DNA of 60,622 nucleotides from a virus (lineage: Duplodnaviria; Caudoviricetes): the IMG/VR virus record IMGVR_UViG_3300042301_003480, positions 1-60,622 of that record. One strand, given 5' to 3'. The notes under the pieces are model-generated. The model made no database searches. It had not been told where the DNA came from and saw only the letters and a list, made by a program, of their open reading frames with translations. Each line of letters opens with the position of its first letter. Within the stretch, counting starts at the first letter, position 1. A program made the translations under genes and the position numbers. This document shows, one piece after another, positions 37,408 through 47,800 of this stretch.

Positions 37408-37701
37408 TCACGCCACGGCAGGTCAAACGGTGGTGATGGGCGCATAGCGACTCCGAGAAATCTCGGGGTCGCCAGCAGCTCAAACGGCGGAGCCAGGGCT
37501 GCATAGCGGGCGTGCGTAGTTGTTTTCGGGGTCCACGGCCTTTGCGTCCTTCGCCCCGTGCGGCGGGCCCTCGGCCTTTACATCCAGGGTCGGAGTCGTC
37601 AGCGCACCCTGCATTCCGCAAGCGAGACCCCATTATCGCTGTGCTTTCGCCTCGGCGTGTGGGCGGGGTCTAAATACACCCTTGGCAACAGAGCCTGTTA
37701 G

Positions 37702-37884
37702 TTAGCGACGGTTCTCCAGTTCCGACCGGAGTGCCGAGATCACTGCGTCTCGGGCCCGAAGGTCACGCTGGAGGGATTCGATCTGCTCCAAGAGCCGGCC
37801 GGCGTACAGGGACATCTGCTCCGAGGAGCGGTGAGCCGCCCTCAGTCGGTCGATGTAGTCCCTGTTGCGGCGCTTCTTGGCCAT
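37702..37884 (-). CDS. Small coiled-coil protein, 60 aa
   Basis: Preceded by a GGGCAATAGT motif. Confidence 0.55.
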   Translation of the reverse strand: MAKKRRNRDYIDRLRAAHRSSEQMSLYAGRLLEQIESLQRDLRARDAVISALRSELENRR

Positions 37885-37943
37885 AGTAACTATTGCCCGC
37901 GAGAGGCCCGTATTGGACCTGTGCGGGGCTTTGGTAATTTAGG

Positions 37944-38582
37944 CTACACCGGGTGGTCCGCCCCTGGATCGCCCGATCTGGGGCAAGCCTGGGCCTCGTA
38001 GATGTAATTGGTGTCCAGGCTGGCGTCGAACCCGGCGTCCTCGGCCTGCCAGACCTCCTCTTGGACGGTGTACTGTCGGGCTCGGGGGTCGGGGTTCCGG
38101 CCAATGAAGTACCCATCCCGCCAGGCGATCCGATTGGTGGGCAGGGCACACAGATTCCCGTCGTCCAAGGCCAGGACATGGGCACATTTGTTCTGCTCGG
38201 GCAAGTGAGTGAATCCCGGGCCCTGGTCGTCGGGAAGCCAGTCCACGGTAAACAGGTACACCCCGTCCTCAGTGCCACCTCTCAGGCCGCATCGGGCCTG
38301 ATGATCACGGAGGTAGTTGTAAACATGGACGGTCGGCCGGGCCGTGAAACAATCCCATAGCTGAAGCTCGCCCACGTTCCTTACAGGAGCGTCAGGGTGT
38401 AACGCCAGGGCGTGGATCGGGACGCCCCGGTAATGAGCGCCACTCTTGAGCATCACATGGAACGCCAGCGCTCTCCCCGGGTAGGACTGGATGGCAAACG
38501 CATACCCCTCCTCCATGCCCGACTGGCGGGAGACGAAAGGGAGTCGCACCCAGACACGGAGATAGGGGATGTCAGCGTTCAT
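37944..38582 (-). CDS. Phage hypothetical protein, 212 aa
   Basis: GA.Y..VPIHAL, QLWDCF, YLFTVDW, KCAHV, P.NR; ATGA coupled. Confidence 0.75.
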   Translation of the reverse strand: MNADIPYLRVWVRLPFVSRQSGMEEGYAFAIQSYPGRALAFHVMLKSGAHYRGVPIHALALHPDAPVRNVGELQLWDCFTARPTVHVYNYLRDHQARCGLRGGTEDGVYLFTVDWLPDDQGPGFTHLPEQNKCAHVLALDDGNLCALPTNRIAWRDGYFIGRNPDPRARQYTVQEEVWQAEDAGFDASLDTNYIYEAQACPRSGDPGADHPV

Positions 38583-38808
38583 TCAGTCATTAACCACAGG
38601 CCGATATTCGCCACACCATACGAACTCCAGAGTATGAGTCCAGCGAAATTCCCTTTGAGCCCCTGCTCCGCACCCACATAGAAGTAGATGCACATCGTCA
38701 CCAGGATCAGCGGCTTGCTCATTTCGCCAGCCCCATCCCAATGTGAGCCCACAACGCTTCGACCAACTTGCGGAGCGCGGCCAGCTCTTGCCAGAGTTCC
38801 TTCATGCT

Positions 38809-39477
38809 TCACCCCATGTGCTTACAAGTTTTGCCTGGAGGCGGAGAAGTTCTGCCTCCAGCATCCGGATGCGTTTTCGCAACGTAGCGTTCTCGTTCTT
38901 CAACCTCTCCACCTCCGGAGACGAAGGCTCCTGTTTCTCCATCGACTAGGTCCAAGTAATGGTGCGGATAGATCAGATCAATCAGTTCTTGGGCTGGGCG
39001 GAGATGAGACTTCGGCGCCACCAAGACCGGCACCTCATGGCCCCGCCCGCGGTCGAACGTAGTCTCCTCTGTCCATGTCTCGTCACGGTCCAAGACGCAC
39101 AGCCACACCCACTGGCCAGTCGGCTTTGAGAGATAGACGTAGGCAAAGTGACCGAAGCTCTCGCGGGCAAGACCCCGACAGTCGTCAACGAACACGGTGT
39201 CGTATGGGTAATCCTCGGGAGAGGTGAAGGACAGGGAGCGTTCCTTGATCTCCACCGAGAACAACAAGCAGGCGTCTGGTGTTTCGACATGATCCTTGTT
39301 CTTGCAGTGTTTTTGGATTCGTAACTTCAGACCGTGAGCCACCGCCCGGCCGAGGGCCCGAAGGCCATCGACCCAGCGGCGTTCAGCGGCCTGGCCAGTT
39401 TTCAAAGCCGATTGAAATGAACGATGCATTGCGGCCATCCCAGGCGAAGTGACGCATCCCGCCCTGCGTCTGGGCAC
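38809..39477 (-). CDS. Putative PD-(D/E)xK nuclease-like protein
   Basis: G...E, PD, VEIK; start probably about 39428. Confidence 0.55.
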   Translation of the reverse strand: MPRRRAGCVTSPGMAAMHRSFQSALKTGQAAERRWVDGLRALGRAVAHGLKLRIQKHCKNKDHVETPDACLLFSVEIKERSLSFTSPEDYPYDTVFVDDCRGLARESFGHFAYVYLSKPTGQWVWLCVLDRDETWTEETTFDRGRGHEVPVLVAPKSHLRPAQELIDLIYPHHYLDLVDGETGAFVSGGGEVEERERYVAKTHPDAGGRTSPPPGKTCKHMG

Positions 39478-39985
39478 TGATCGGACGACCCCTCACGGAC
39501 TGCGTCCAACCCTTGTCACGCCGAGCCCTGACTTCAGCGGCCCGGCGGTACAGCTCTTCGGGGCACGGGTCGTAGGGCAGCAGGCCCTCGTCCACGTACT
39601 CCAGGTGCTTGGTGATCGGCTCCTGCTGGCGAAGCCTCGCAGCGTCAGCCCGCACCTGGGTCGCCCATTCCGTTGGGCGTCCCCACATTTCCGCAATGTC
39701 CTCATCCTCCAGGCCCCAGTCGTTCATGACGCACAGCGCCAGCCGCTCGGGACTCGGGACAGAACCGACACTCCTGATCAGGCGCACTGAGCCCTTGCAC
39801 TGGGCAAAGGGAAGGTCAAGCCTTCTTGCCACGCTTGGGATCGACTCGCCGTTGACGATCACCCTTCGGTGCAGATCGGCGGCGTAAGCCAAAGCATGAC
39901 GCAATACGATTCCACAATCTTTTCCAGAACCCATCTCGCTTCTCCTCCTTGATGAACGCCTTGGGAAAGGCGTGCGAAACCTCAA
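39383..39985 (-). CDS. Hypothetical protein with HTH-like segments
   Basis: SIPSVARRL, EDIAEMWG; start probably about 39934. Confidence 0.5.
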   Translation of the reverse strand: MRFRTPFPRRSSRRRSEMGSGKDCGIVLRHALAYAADLHRRVIVNGESIPSVARRLDLPFAQCKGSVRLIRSVGSVPSPERLALCVMNDWGLEDEDIAEMWGRPTEWATQVRADAARLRQQEPITKHLEYVDEGLLPYDPCPEELYRRAAEVRARRDKGWTQSVRGRPISAQTQGGMRHFAWDGRNASFISIGFENWPGR

Positions 39986-40026
39986 ACACCTCCGTGATTT
40001 GCTGGACCGTATCCTCCAGCAGTAGG

Positions 40027-41538
40027 TCAGACCGCTTTTGCGAGTTCACGCCTGCGGCTCCTTTCCTTGAGAAAGTTGTTCTTGATCCAGCCCTTGATGC
40101 CGGGGTTGGTGCAGGCCCACTCCACGTAGTGACCAGGGAGTTGGCTCATCATCAGCCCGCCGTACTTGCCCTTGAGCGGATTCATGTAGGTGCCGATGTT
40201 CCGGCTCCCGCCCGCGGCCAGCTCAAACTCCCGGCCAACCACCCGGCCCGCAGCCTGCCCGAGCATCTTCTGCCGGCGGGCTTCGATCTCCTGGGCGGCC
40301 AGGCGGCGCTCCAACTCCTTTTGAGCCAGGGCGTCCATCTGCTCCTGTGTCAGCGGCTCCTTCGCCGCCGCCTTCTTGACGACCTGCCGAATCTCCTTGT
40401 CGTCGGCCGTGCAGAACATGTCCACGGCTGTGACAAGTCGGTGATCAAGGCTTGCATCTGTGCAGTCAACAATCTTGAAGCGAGGCTTTCCAGATCCTGC
40501 GATCCGCTCAAGACGGCCGGGTGTATCCGAGCCTGCGTAGTCAACAACTCCGGCGAGAGGACGAGTGGCTCGTCCGATACACTGGAGCCAGAAAGACCGG
40601 GACTTAGTAGGCCGCCCCAGAATGAGGGTGGCTGTGGGAGGGTAGTCAAAGCCAACGGCAACAACTTGGCAGTTGACAAGAACCCGCGCCTCCCCAGTCT
40701 TAAACCGTCTGATGGCATCCTTGCGCTCCTCCTCGTCTTGGGTGCCGTACACATAAACTGCGGGAATCTGATAGTTATTGTTGAGGTAATGGCAGACCCC
40801 CTTGGCCGACGCCACCGAGGGCGTGAAGACCACGGTCGGCCCCTCCATCTCCTCCTGTGTAATCAGGGCGATGCGGTGCAGATTGGCCTCCTTTTCCACG
40901 GCCGCCTGCAACTGAGTCTGATTAAAGTCCCCGCCGCTGACCGTCACCCCCGAGAGGTCCAGGCCCTGCACCTGGGCCAGCTTGCAAACCGGCTGCACCG
41001 CCCAGCCGTTGGCGATGGCCCACTGCACATCTTTGTTTCCGATCTCCCGCTCATAGAACTCCCGCATCGGCGTGCCGTCCATCCGAAACGGCGTGGCAGT
41101 AAACCCAGCCACCATGGCGCCGTGATCCTGGAACCACCGAAACATCTCTAGGCAGGCGGGCGAGAACTGCATGTGAGCCTCGTCAACAATCACCAGCCGG
41201 ATGTCCTTGAACTTCTTGTACCGCCCGCGGATGAGGGTCTGCTTGCAAGCCACCACCACCTTCGGACTCCACCACTCATCCTCCTGGCTGCGGTACTCCG
41301 CCATCTCCAGGGCCGGGTCAACGCCGATGATGTCTCGTACCTTGTCTGCTGCCTGCCAGACCAGTTCCCGGAGCGGGGCCAGGATGAGTGTCCGGCCAGA
41401 GATACGGTTGGCCGTTTCGACAAACACCACGGTCTTCCCCGCCCCGGTGAACAGGCCCGTCAGCGTTGAGCGAACCCCCTCTGCGAGCGCACGCAGGTGG
41501 GCGTCAACGATCTCGGCTTGGTAGTCACGCAGTTGCAT
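40027..41538 (-). CDS. SF2 DEAD/DEAH-box helicase
   Basis: LRDYQ, TGAGKT, DEAH, TAT, GFDYP, QCIGRATR. Confidence 0.92.
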   Translation of the reverse strand: MQLRDYQAEIVDAHLRALAEGVRSTLTGLFTGAGKTVVFVETANRISGRTLILAPLRELVWQAADKVRDIIGVDPALEMAEYRSQEDEWWSPKVVVACKQTLIRGRYKKFKDIRLVIVDEAHMQFSPACLEMFRWFQDHGAMVAGFTATPFRMDGTPMREFYEREIGNKDVQWAIANGWAVQPVCKLAQVQGLDLSGVTVSGGDFNQTQLQAAVEKEANLHRIALITQEEMEGPTVVFTPSVASAKGVCHYLNNNYQIPAVYVYGTQDEEERKDAIRRFKTGEARVLVNCQVVAVGFDYPPTATLILGRPTKSRSFWLQCIGRATRPLAGVVDYAGSDTPGRLERIAGSGKPRFKIVDCTDASLDHRLVTAVDMFCTADDKEIRQVVKKAAAKEPLTQEQMDALAQKELERRLAAQEIEARRQKMLGQAAGRVVGREFELAAGGSRNIGTYMNPLKGKYGGLMMSQLPGHYVEWACTNPGIKGWIKNNFLKERSRRRELAKAV

Positions 41539-41809
41539 GGGCCACCTCCCTTCGGAGGCTGGCCGCCTGCCTCATCAACGCAAGTGCAAACTCCTCAACC
41601 TTGTCAGCGGCCACCATGTCGGCCGCCTCGGGCGTGTCATGCCAAGCGGTGTCGAATCGCAGCATGTGATGTCCGCAGCGGACGAACGACTCGCCGCCGA
41701 CATCAACCACATCACCCTCATCGCGGAATACATGGGCACCACTCTCGCCAATCCGGTCATAGACCCAAGACCTGTACACCCTCATGTCAGCCTCCATGCT
41801 CCCTCCCAA
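41525..41809 (-). CDS. Hypothetical protein
   Basis: GGAGG RBS; supplies the RBS for the helicase. Confidence 0.6.
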   Translation of the reverse strand: MGGSMEADMRVYRSWVYDRIGESGAHVFRDEGDVVDVGGESFVRCGHHMLRFDTAWHDTPEAADMVAADKVEEFALALMRQAASLRREVAHATA

Positions 41810-41811
41810 AC

Positions 41812-41855
41812 AAAAAGACCCGGGACGGGGGTGGAGGGAGAGCCCCCGCCCCGGG
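41812..41855 (-). terminator. Intrinsic terminator after ssb
   Basis: CCCGGG.CGGGGG stem plus TCTTTTT on the minus strand. Confidence 0.7.
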
Positions 41856-41870
41856 CGGCGCGCACACTCG

Positions 41871-42203
41871 TCAGGCGAAGTCCGAGGCGAACTCGGGCTC
41901 TGCCTTTGTTTCCTTCTTGCCGGTCAGTTGCAGCGTCCGAACCTTCAGCACCTTCTTGCTGCGCTCCTGGCCGTCCTTCATCCACTTCTGGGTCTGGATC
42001 TCGCCCGAGCAAAACACCGAGGTTCCTTGGGCGACATAAGCCAGTGCCCCATTCGGCTCCCACCACTCACAATCGAAGAACTCCACGGAGTCCTTGTAGC
42101 CATTCACGGCTACAGAAAACTTGGCAACCTGCTTCTCCCCGACTTGTCGAATGTCCGGGTCTTTGGTCACGTTGCCGAGAATCATCACGCACTGGTAACC
42201 CAT
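41871..42203 (-). CDS. ssb: Single-stranded DNA-binding protein
   Basis: ILGNVTKDPDIR, FSVAVN, G..V...G.IQT..W, acidic tail. Confidence 0.92.
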   Translation of the reverse strand: MGYQCVMILGNVTKDPDIRQVGEKQVAKFSVAVNGYKDSVEFFDCEWWEPNGALAYVAQGTSVFCSGEIQTQKWMKDGQERSKKVLKVRTLQLTGKKETKAEPEFASDFA

Positions 42204-42832
42204 TACTTGGCCTCCTTTTGCCAGACCTTGTTGAACTCTTCCTCACACCGCTTGAACACCTCGGGCGGGACCGACTTTTCCTTGGCCCGCAACCTGACCG
42301 TGTCCAAGTGTTTCTGCGCCTCGGCCTTCGTCTCGGCCTCGGCAATCGCCTTCTTGGCCCCCTGTTCGTAGGCCAGGGACTTGTACACATCGCCTGTCTT
42401 CGGGGCCGAGGACTGGACGGCATTGCCGTCGTCATCAGGCTCACCGCTGAACCCGCCCGTCAGGGCCATGAGCAGGGTCCGCTTGGCGTATGTCATCGCC
42501 GCACCGAACCCCTGCATGTCCCCCTTGGGATTGATCAGCGGAGCGCACCCCTGGATGTACTCACCGCTGGTATGCCGAAGCGTGCCCACCAGCACCCACT
42601 GCCCAGCCACCAAGCCTGGGCGAAAGTCAGGCAGGCACAATCCATGCGCAGTGAGCGGACCCCGAAGGGACTCGCAGCACTGCTGGTAACTAGCAAACCG
42701 GGACTTAAAGTGCGGGTTAGCACTGTCCAGCTTTACCGCCTGGTACTCAGCCTGGGCCTTGGCCAACGCCTCGGTCAGCTTGCCCGTAGCCGGGGACGAT
42801 GACGGCCCCAGGATTTCCGTGTGATCAGTCAT
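42203..42832 (-). CDS. ERF-family single-strand annealing protein
   Basis: ALAKAQ, NPHFKS, LRHTSGE, Q.FGAAMTYAKR, DDDGN. Confidence 0.9.
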   Translation of the reverse strand: MTDHTEILGPSSSPATGKLTEALAKAQAEYQAVKLDSANPHFKSRFASYQQCCESLRGPLTAHGLCLPDFRPGLVAGQWVLVGTLRHTSGEYIQGCAPLINPKGDMQGFGAAMTYAKRTLLMALTGGFSGEPDDDGNAVQSSAPKTGDVYKSLAYEQGAKKAIAEAETKAEAQKHLDTVRLRAKEKSVPPEVFKRCEEEFNKVWQKEAK

Positions 42833-43689
42833 AGTTCGACAACCTCCTCCTGCCGCATGGCCCACTGCGGGAAGGCCATCTCCTGAATCTCCTCCGCATC
42901 CGCGGGCACATACATCCCCGTCGAACGCCGCAGTCGGACCTCTTCCATAGTGCTGATCAAACGCCTGCCAGCAGCCGCCACCATCTCCTCCGGCAGGACG
43001 AACGCTCGGCAGGCGTAGGGGGGCATGGTCTGGACGAAGACAAAGGGCATGCGGAACGGCGGATAGCCAATCGCATACGCACCCTGCTGGTACAGCCAGT
43101 CCTGTTCCAGGTAGCCGTAGTCCAGCGCACTGCGGTGGATGCGATCCCACGGCGACGAGGTGGTCTTGAGATCCCACCACTTGTCATCACAACAAGCGTC
43201 CGGACGAACCTTCAGCTTGTGACCGTACGCCTCAAAGAACACAGACAACTGCGTCCTGGTGGTCTTGGTCATCAGCTCGTAGACCGCATCGTTCCCCCGC
43301 ATGGAGTCCAGCATCTTGCCGTACTGCCACTTCTTGTCGGCAGTGATGCAGATGCCGGTCTGGCCCGCAGCCCATTCCTTGTACGCCTTGGTGCTGCGTG
43401 AGCCGTTGGCCCCGAGAACCTCGTCGGGCGGAACCACAACGACATCATCAAACCGCTTGCCGCCCAAGATGGCCGTAACGATCTCGTCAAACTCGCTGCC
43501 CGTGGTGGTCGCAGAGTTCCCCCCAAAAAGGGAGTGGCCCGTGTCCATCCACAACTGGGCTTCCCCGCCGCCCTTCTGCACCGAGCAGAGGAACGAACGG
43601 CCGTCGAAAGGCTTCTTCTGGTGGTAAGCCTGGTTCGACATCCCCGTGACCGTCACGGGCAGGTCGTCCCAATTAATCTCGCTGTCCAT
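42829..43689 (-). CDS. RecE/DUF3799-like PD-(D/E)xK exonuclease
   Basis: MSNQAYH, KVRPD, DLKTT, Y..Q...Y, FVFV...PPY. Confidence 0.85.
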   Translation of the reverse strand: MDSEINWDDLPVTVTGMSNQAYHQKKPFDGRSFLCSVQKGGGEAQLWMDTGHSLFGGNSATTTGSEFDEIVTAILGGKRFDDVVVVPPDEVLGANGSRSTKAYKEWAAGQTGICITADKKWQYGKMLDSMRGNDAVYELMTKTTRTQLSVFFEAYGHKLKVRPDACCDDKWWDLKTTSSPWDRIHRSALDYGYLEQDWLYQQGAYAIGYPPFRMPFVFVQTMPPYACRAFVLPEEMVAAAGRRLISTMEEVRLRRSTGMYVPADAEEIQEMAFPQWAMRQEEVVEL

Positions 43690-43913
43690 GCGTATAGTCC
43701 TCCTAGTGAAAAGCCCCGTCCGTGGGGCGAACGCGATCCCTCTTGCCCCTCCATGGGCGAACCAACTCCAAATACGCTTTGCCAAACTGTCCAAGGGAGA
43801 ACAGCAGGCACGCAGTGCCGAAAGCAGAGAGGTAAACGCAGACCGTCAGACAGACGATCCAGGCCGCGCGGAGAATGGGCCAGCGGCGGTAGGTGAGCCA
43901 GACCGCGAGGCAA

Positions 43914-43936
43914 CTAACCAACTGAGCTAGCTGCCC
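43914..43936 (-). other. tRNA 5'-end fragment GGGCAGCTAGCTCAGTTGGTTAG; candidate attP core
   Basis: Acceptor 5' strand plus TAGCTCAGTTGGTTAG D-arm consensus, with no anticodon or T arm; about 90 bp from the integrase start. Confidence 0.7.
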
Positions 43937-44023
43937 GCGGCCCTGAGTTTGCCGGTTATACCGCATCTCCAGCCGACTTGAAGCCCCCAAGGAGGGCGGC
44001 ATACTGGCCCGCCCGGTGTCCCC

Positions 44024-44851
44024 ATGACCATCCTTGATCTCGCCAGAACCTACTGCAACCGCGTCGGCGGAAGTCCCGGCTACCTTGAGCAGCTTGAGGT
44101 CTTCGTTCGCCGTCTGCCTTGGCAGGCTCGGGACTTGACTCCCGATCTCTGTGACGACTACCTGACCAAAGCTCTGGCCCATCTCGCACCCTCCACGGTA
44201 TACAACCACCGCCGCATGCTCGGCCGTCTGCTCGCCTTCGCTGCCGCTGAAGGAGTGGTGGACGCGAGTATACTCCGGCCCCTGCGCCGCGTCAAACGCC
44301 TTCCTCCCAGCCCAATTGCGTGGTCCCACGCCGAGATTCGCAGGCTTCTGGCGGTAGCCGCGAAGCTGACTGGGGGTGTGAAGTGCCCTCACAGCACGCT
44401 CATGCAGGCATGGCTGCTGGTGGCCTACTCCACCGGGCTGCGCCTGGCAAATTTGCTGGAGATTCAACATAGCCAAATCCGTGGCCACAGGCTTCTGATC
44501 CGTCAGTTCAAGACCGGGGAGCCGCATGTCTGCTACTTGGACGACCATGCCCTAGCAGCGATTGCCACGCTCCCGCGGCGAGGCCCGAGAGTATTCGGTG
44601 ACCTCATTTGCCGAGACAAGATTCTGGCCCAAATGCGCCGTCTTTGCAAGACCGCCGGAATGTCGGGCAGCACTAAGTTTCTGCGGCGATCCGGGGCAAC
44701 TTACGCAGAAATCGCAGGGAAAAATGCCAGTGGACACTTGGGGCACAAGACCCCCGGCATGAAGGTCTACTACATAGACAGGCTGCTGCTGGCGGAGGAA
44801 AAGCAGGAGGGGGCAACGGCCCCGCCGCTGGAGTTAGCGGACAGCCCCTAG
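44024..44851 (+). CDS. Tyrosine recombinase/integrase
   Basis: STGLR (R), FKTG (K), KFLRR (HxxR variant), HLGH, YY; STV..H in the core-binding domain. Confidence 0.9.
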   Translation: MTILDLARTYCNRVGGSPGYLEQLEVFVRRLPWQARDLTPDLCDDYLTKALAHLAPSTVYNHRRMLGRLLAFAAAEGVVDASILRPLRRVKRLPPSPIAWSHAEIRRLLAVAAKLTGGVKCPHSTLMQAWLLVAYSTGLRLANLLEIQHSQIRGHRLLIRQFKTGEPHVCYLDDHALAAIATLPRRGPRVFGDLICRDKILAQMRRLCKTAGMSGSTKFLRRSGATYAEIAGKNASGHLGHKTPGMKVYYIDRLLLAEEKQEGATAPPLELADSP

Positions 44852-47800
44852 CACTTCCAGCGGGTCCAGTGCCGTCTTCTTCCGCTCCCGGGCCCGCTTG
44901 GCGGCATCGCTCTGGAGAATCCGGTACAGCAGGTACATCTGCCGCTGATCTTCCGGCATCGACCGCAGGGCATCGTCCGGCACGGTGATGTTCTCGTACG
45001 TCCGGACGCCGGGGGTAGTCTCCAGGATCTGGTTCAGCATGCCCCGGGCGGCCTGCCGCTTGGTCCGCTCCTCGTCAACGTCGGTGAGCTTCACGCCGGC
45101 CAGGACGTTGAACGCTGCCTTGAGGCGGGCATCGGCGGGGTCCAGCCGGTCATCGTTGAACTGGCGGTACATGCTGATCCCGCGGGCCCCGAACGGGACG
45201 AAGTTGATGATCGCCTGCTCCAGCGGCCGACCGATGGGGCCAAGGTCTTGCTCTAGGACAGAGTACAGATCCGACATATCCCGGCCGGTGTAAAGCTGCC
45301 GGTTGGTGATGTACTCCAGCGGGGCTTTGATGAGGGGGTTGGCCTGCCCCAAGATGTTGCTGCCCGTCTTCTGAACGGTGTCTGCGAACCTGGCCGCGGC
45401 CGTCGTACCCACCCCCGGGGTGAACAGGTTCAGCGTGGACTCAAACGGCAGGTCGATGTTGGTGATGTACCGCTGCAACCCCTCTGCCGGCTCGCCTCCA
45501 AGGAGCGAAGGCCAGCCTTCCGGGAGAGGAATCGCAGCCGACTGTCGGAGGTACTCGGGGATGAAGTTGTCTTCGCTGGGCTCCGTGCCCCGGGTGACAG
45601 CGCGGATGGTTTGACCCTGCAATCCGCCTGGGCGGTACAGGGTGTTCTCCGCAATGCTGGGCAAAATGCCTTTCTGGAAACTGTAGAACGGCGCCACCCG
45701 CTTCATGACGTTGCGCTCAAAGCCCGTAAACGCTTCGGGCGAGTAGTCAACGAGCAGGCGACGAACCGTATCACCAGCCTCGGCCGGATCGACCCCCTGG
45801 CGGATGAGTGTCAGGAACGTGCCGATACGCAGCGCATCTTCTGACCGGCTCCCGACCGCGTCGTTCATGGCCAGGAGGGGATTGGTCTGGTACGGCCTGG
45901 GCTCTCTGGTAATCCCGACGCCTCGGAAAGACGCCAAGTCGCCAAGGAAGTTGCGCCATGTCCGGTTGGCCGGGTTCGCTCTGCGGCCCTGCTGCAATGC
46001 CTGGCGGGTCGATTCGGCAATCGTCGGCCCCGAGCCGACATACATGCCGCCCACCTTCCCGGGATCTTCCACGCCCGAGATGTCGCTGATCACATTGCCA
46101 GACGCAAGCCGCTGGCTGCTAGAGTCTGCGATGAACTGGCGCATCGCCTCATCGGAGGACAAGTTGCGGTACGGCGACCGCCCCCCCTGAATCCGGGAAG
46201 CCAGTGCCTCGTAGTTCCCGCCGCTCGCCCTGCCAGCGGCCCACGTATCCAGCGGATTGAAAGCCCCTTCGGTCGCCGCGTTGTACATGCCGCTGTACAG
46301 ATTACGAACATGAAAGGCGGGTGAGGCGAGAGCCCCGATCTTGAACGCACTGGTGAACTGATCGAAGGCGTTCATCAGGCCACGCTCCGGAAGAGCCAGG
46401 CGGCTCTGCGGAGTCAGGACACGCATGGCATCTACGAACTGGCGTGGGATCGACAGCTCATCTAACGGCAGGCGTTGCGCTGGAGGGGCCTGTTGCATCC
46501 AGCGGTTGGCGAAGTTCTGCGGGTCAAAGCCCAGTTCCCGGGCCGCGTCTGCAAGAGAGACACTCTGCCCGCCGACCACTCTTCCGGCCGGAGTCGGATC
46601 CACCCTGCGGGCGAGCATCGCAAAGAGCTGGTCTGCGTTTGCGAGGTTCTCCGCCTGGCCGCGCTCATATCGGAGGGCGTTGTTCCAGGACGGGGTGTCG
46701 AAGATTCCCAGCCCTTGGTCGGCAAACTGCGTGTCGGCCTTCATGACAAGCTGGCCGAGCTTCTCAAAGTTGGCGTTCACCTCGCGCTGGGCGGTGGCCA
46801 TCATCGCAGCCTGCTCGGCCGGCGTGGCGGCTTGATAAGCAGGGGAGTTCCGCACATTGTCCGTGATGTAGCGGTAGGGGTTGGTCTGGCCGTCAAAGGT
46901 AAACGCTGCGTTGTCGATTCCGCCGAGCGTGCGCAAGGCTCGCCGCAACCGGACGCGCCGGGCCTGGTCGGACGGTGCGGTGATTAAGTCCTGCTGAAGG
47001 GCCCGAGAATCCAAGCGGGGATCGACATTCCCCGTCAGGTAACGGAATGCCCGAATCCCACCTGGCAGATCGTAGGCAGGATCCCGGGAGCGGCCGAAGT
47101 TGTCTTGGACAGAGAATGCCCGCTCGTCCCGGCCCCAAGAGCGAAAGTCATACGGCTCGCCGCCAGGGATGTCTGGTGCAGAGGGGTCTAGGAAGCGGCG
47201 AAGTTGCCTGGGGATAAACCCACCAGCTCCGCGGGACTGCGCCACGGGGGTGGCAAGACCAGCCTCCCGAGCGGCAAGCACAGCCTCTGGCCCCAGGTCC
47301 GCAAACCGATCCCGGATCGCACGGAACTCAGGCACGTTCTCCAGGACATAATCAGCAACGTCGTCGCCCGTCGTCTTCAGCGGGGCACCCGTCAGCGTCG
47401 GGCCTTGGAGGGGACGAGACTCTACGTAATCAGCCAGCCGATCCCATAGCGTCTGGCTGTCGAACGTGCGGAGTTCTTCCGGGATGGCTGCTGCCCCGCC
47501 GGGGAGATACGTAGCCGGCAGGGCGTCCGGAACGGTGGCATTGCGGGCGTCATACTGGAGCAGGGCATAGGCCCGATCAACGGCCTCTTTGCGGTTTCTG
47601 GCGTCCCTCGCGGCGACACGCTTGGCAAACTGAAGATCATTCGTCAGCTCCATGTTGGAACTGACCGTCCCTAATCCGCCGACGTTCTGGTCGAACAACG
47701 CCGCGGCCGTGCGAGTCGCAGGACCAAGAACGGGAGCCATCTTGGTGAAGTTGCCGAACCTGTCCAAGCCTTCGGCAATCGCATCGCCAATCGCCCCGCC

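Noticed and set aside
37590-37655. Hammerhead ribozyme (CTGACGA and GAAA on the minus strand)
   Set aside because: Stems I and II cannot be formed around the core by eye.
43860-43936. Complete tRNA gene
   Set aside because: The D-stem does not close, and there is no T-loop (GTTCRA) or acceptor 3' strand.
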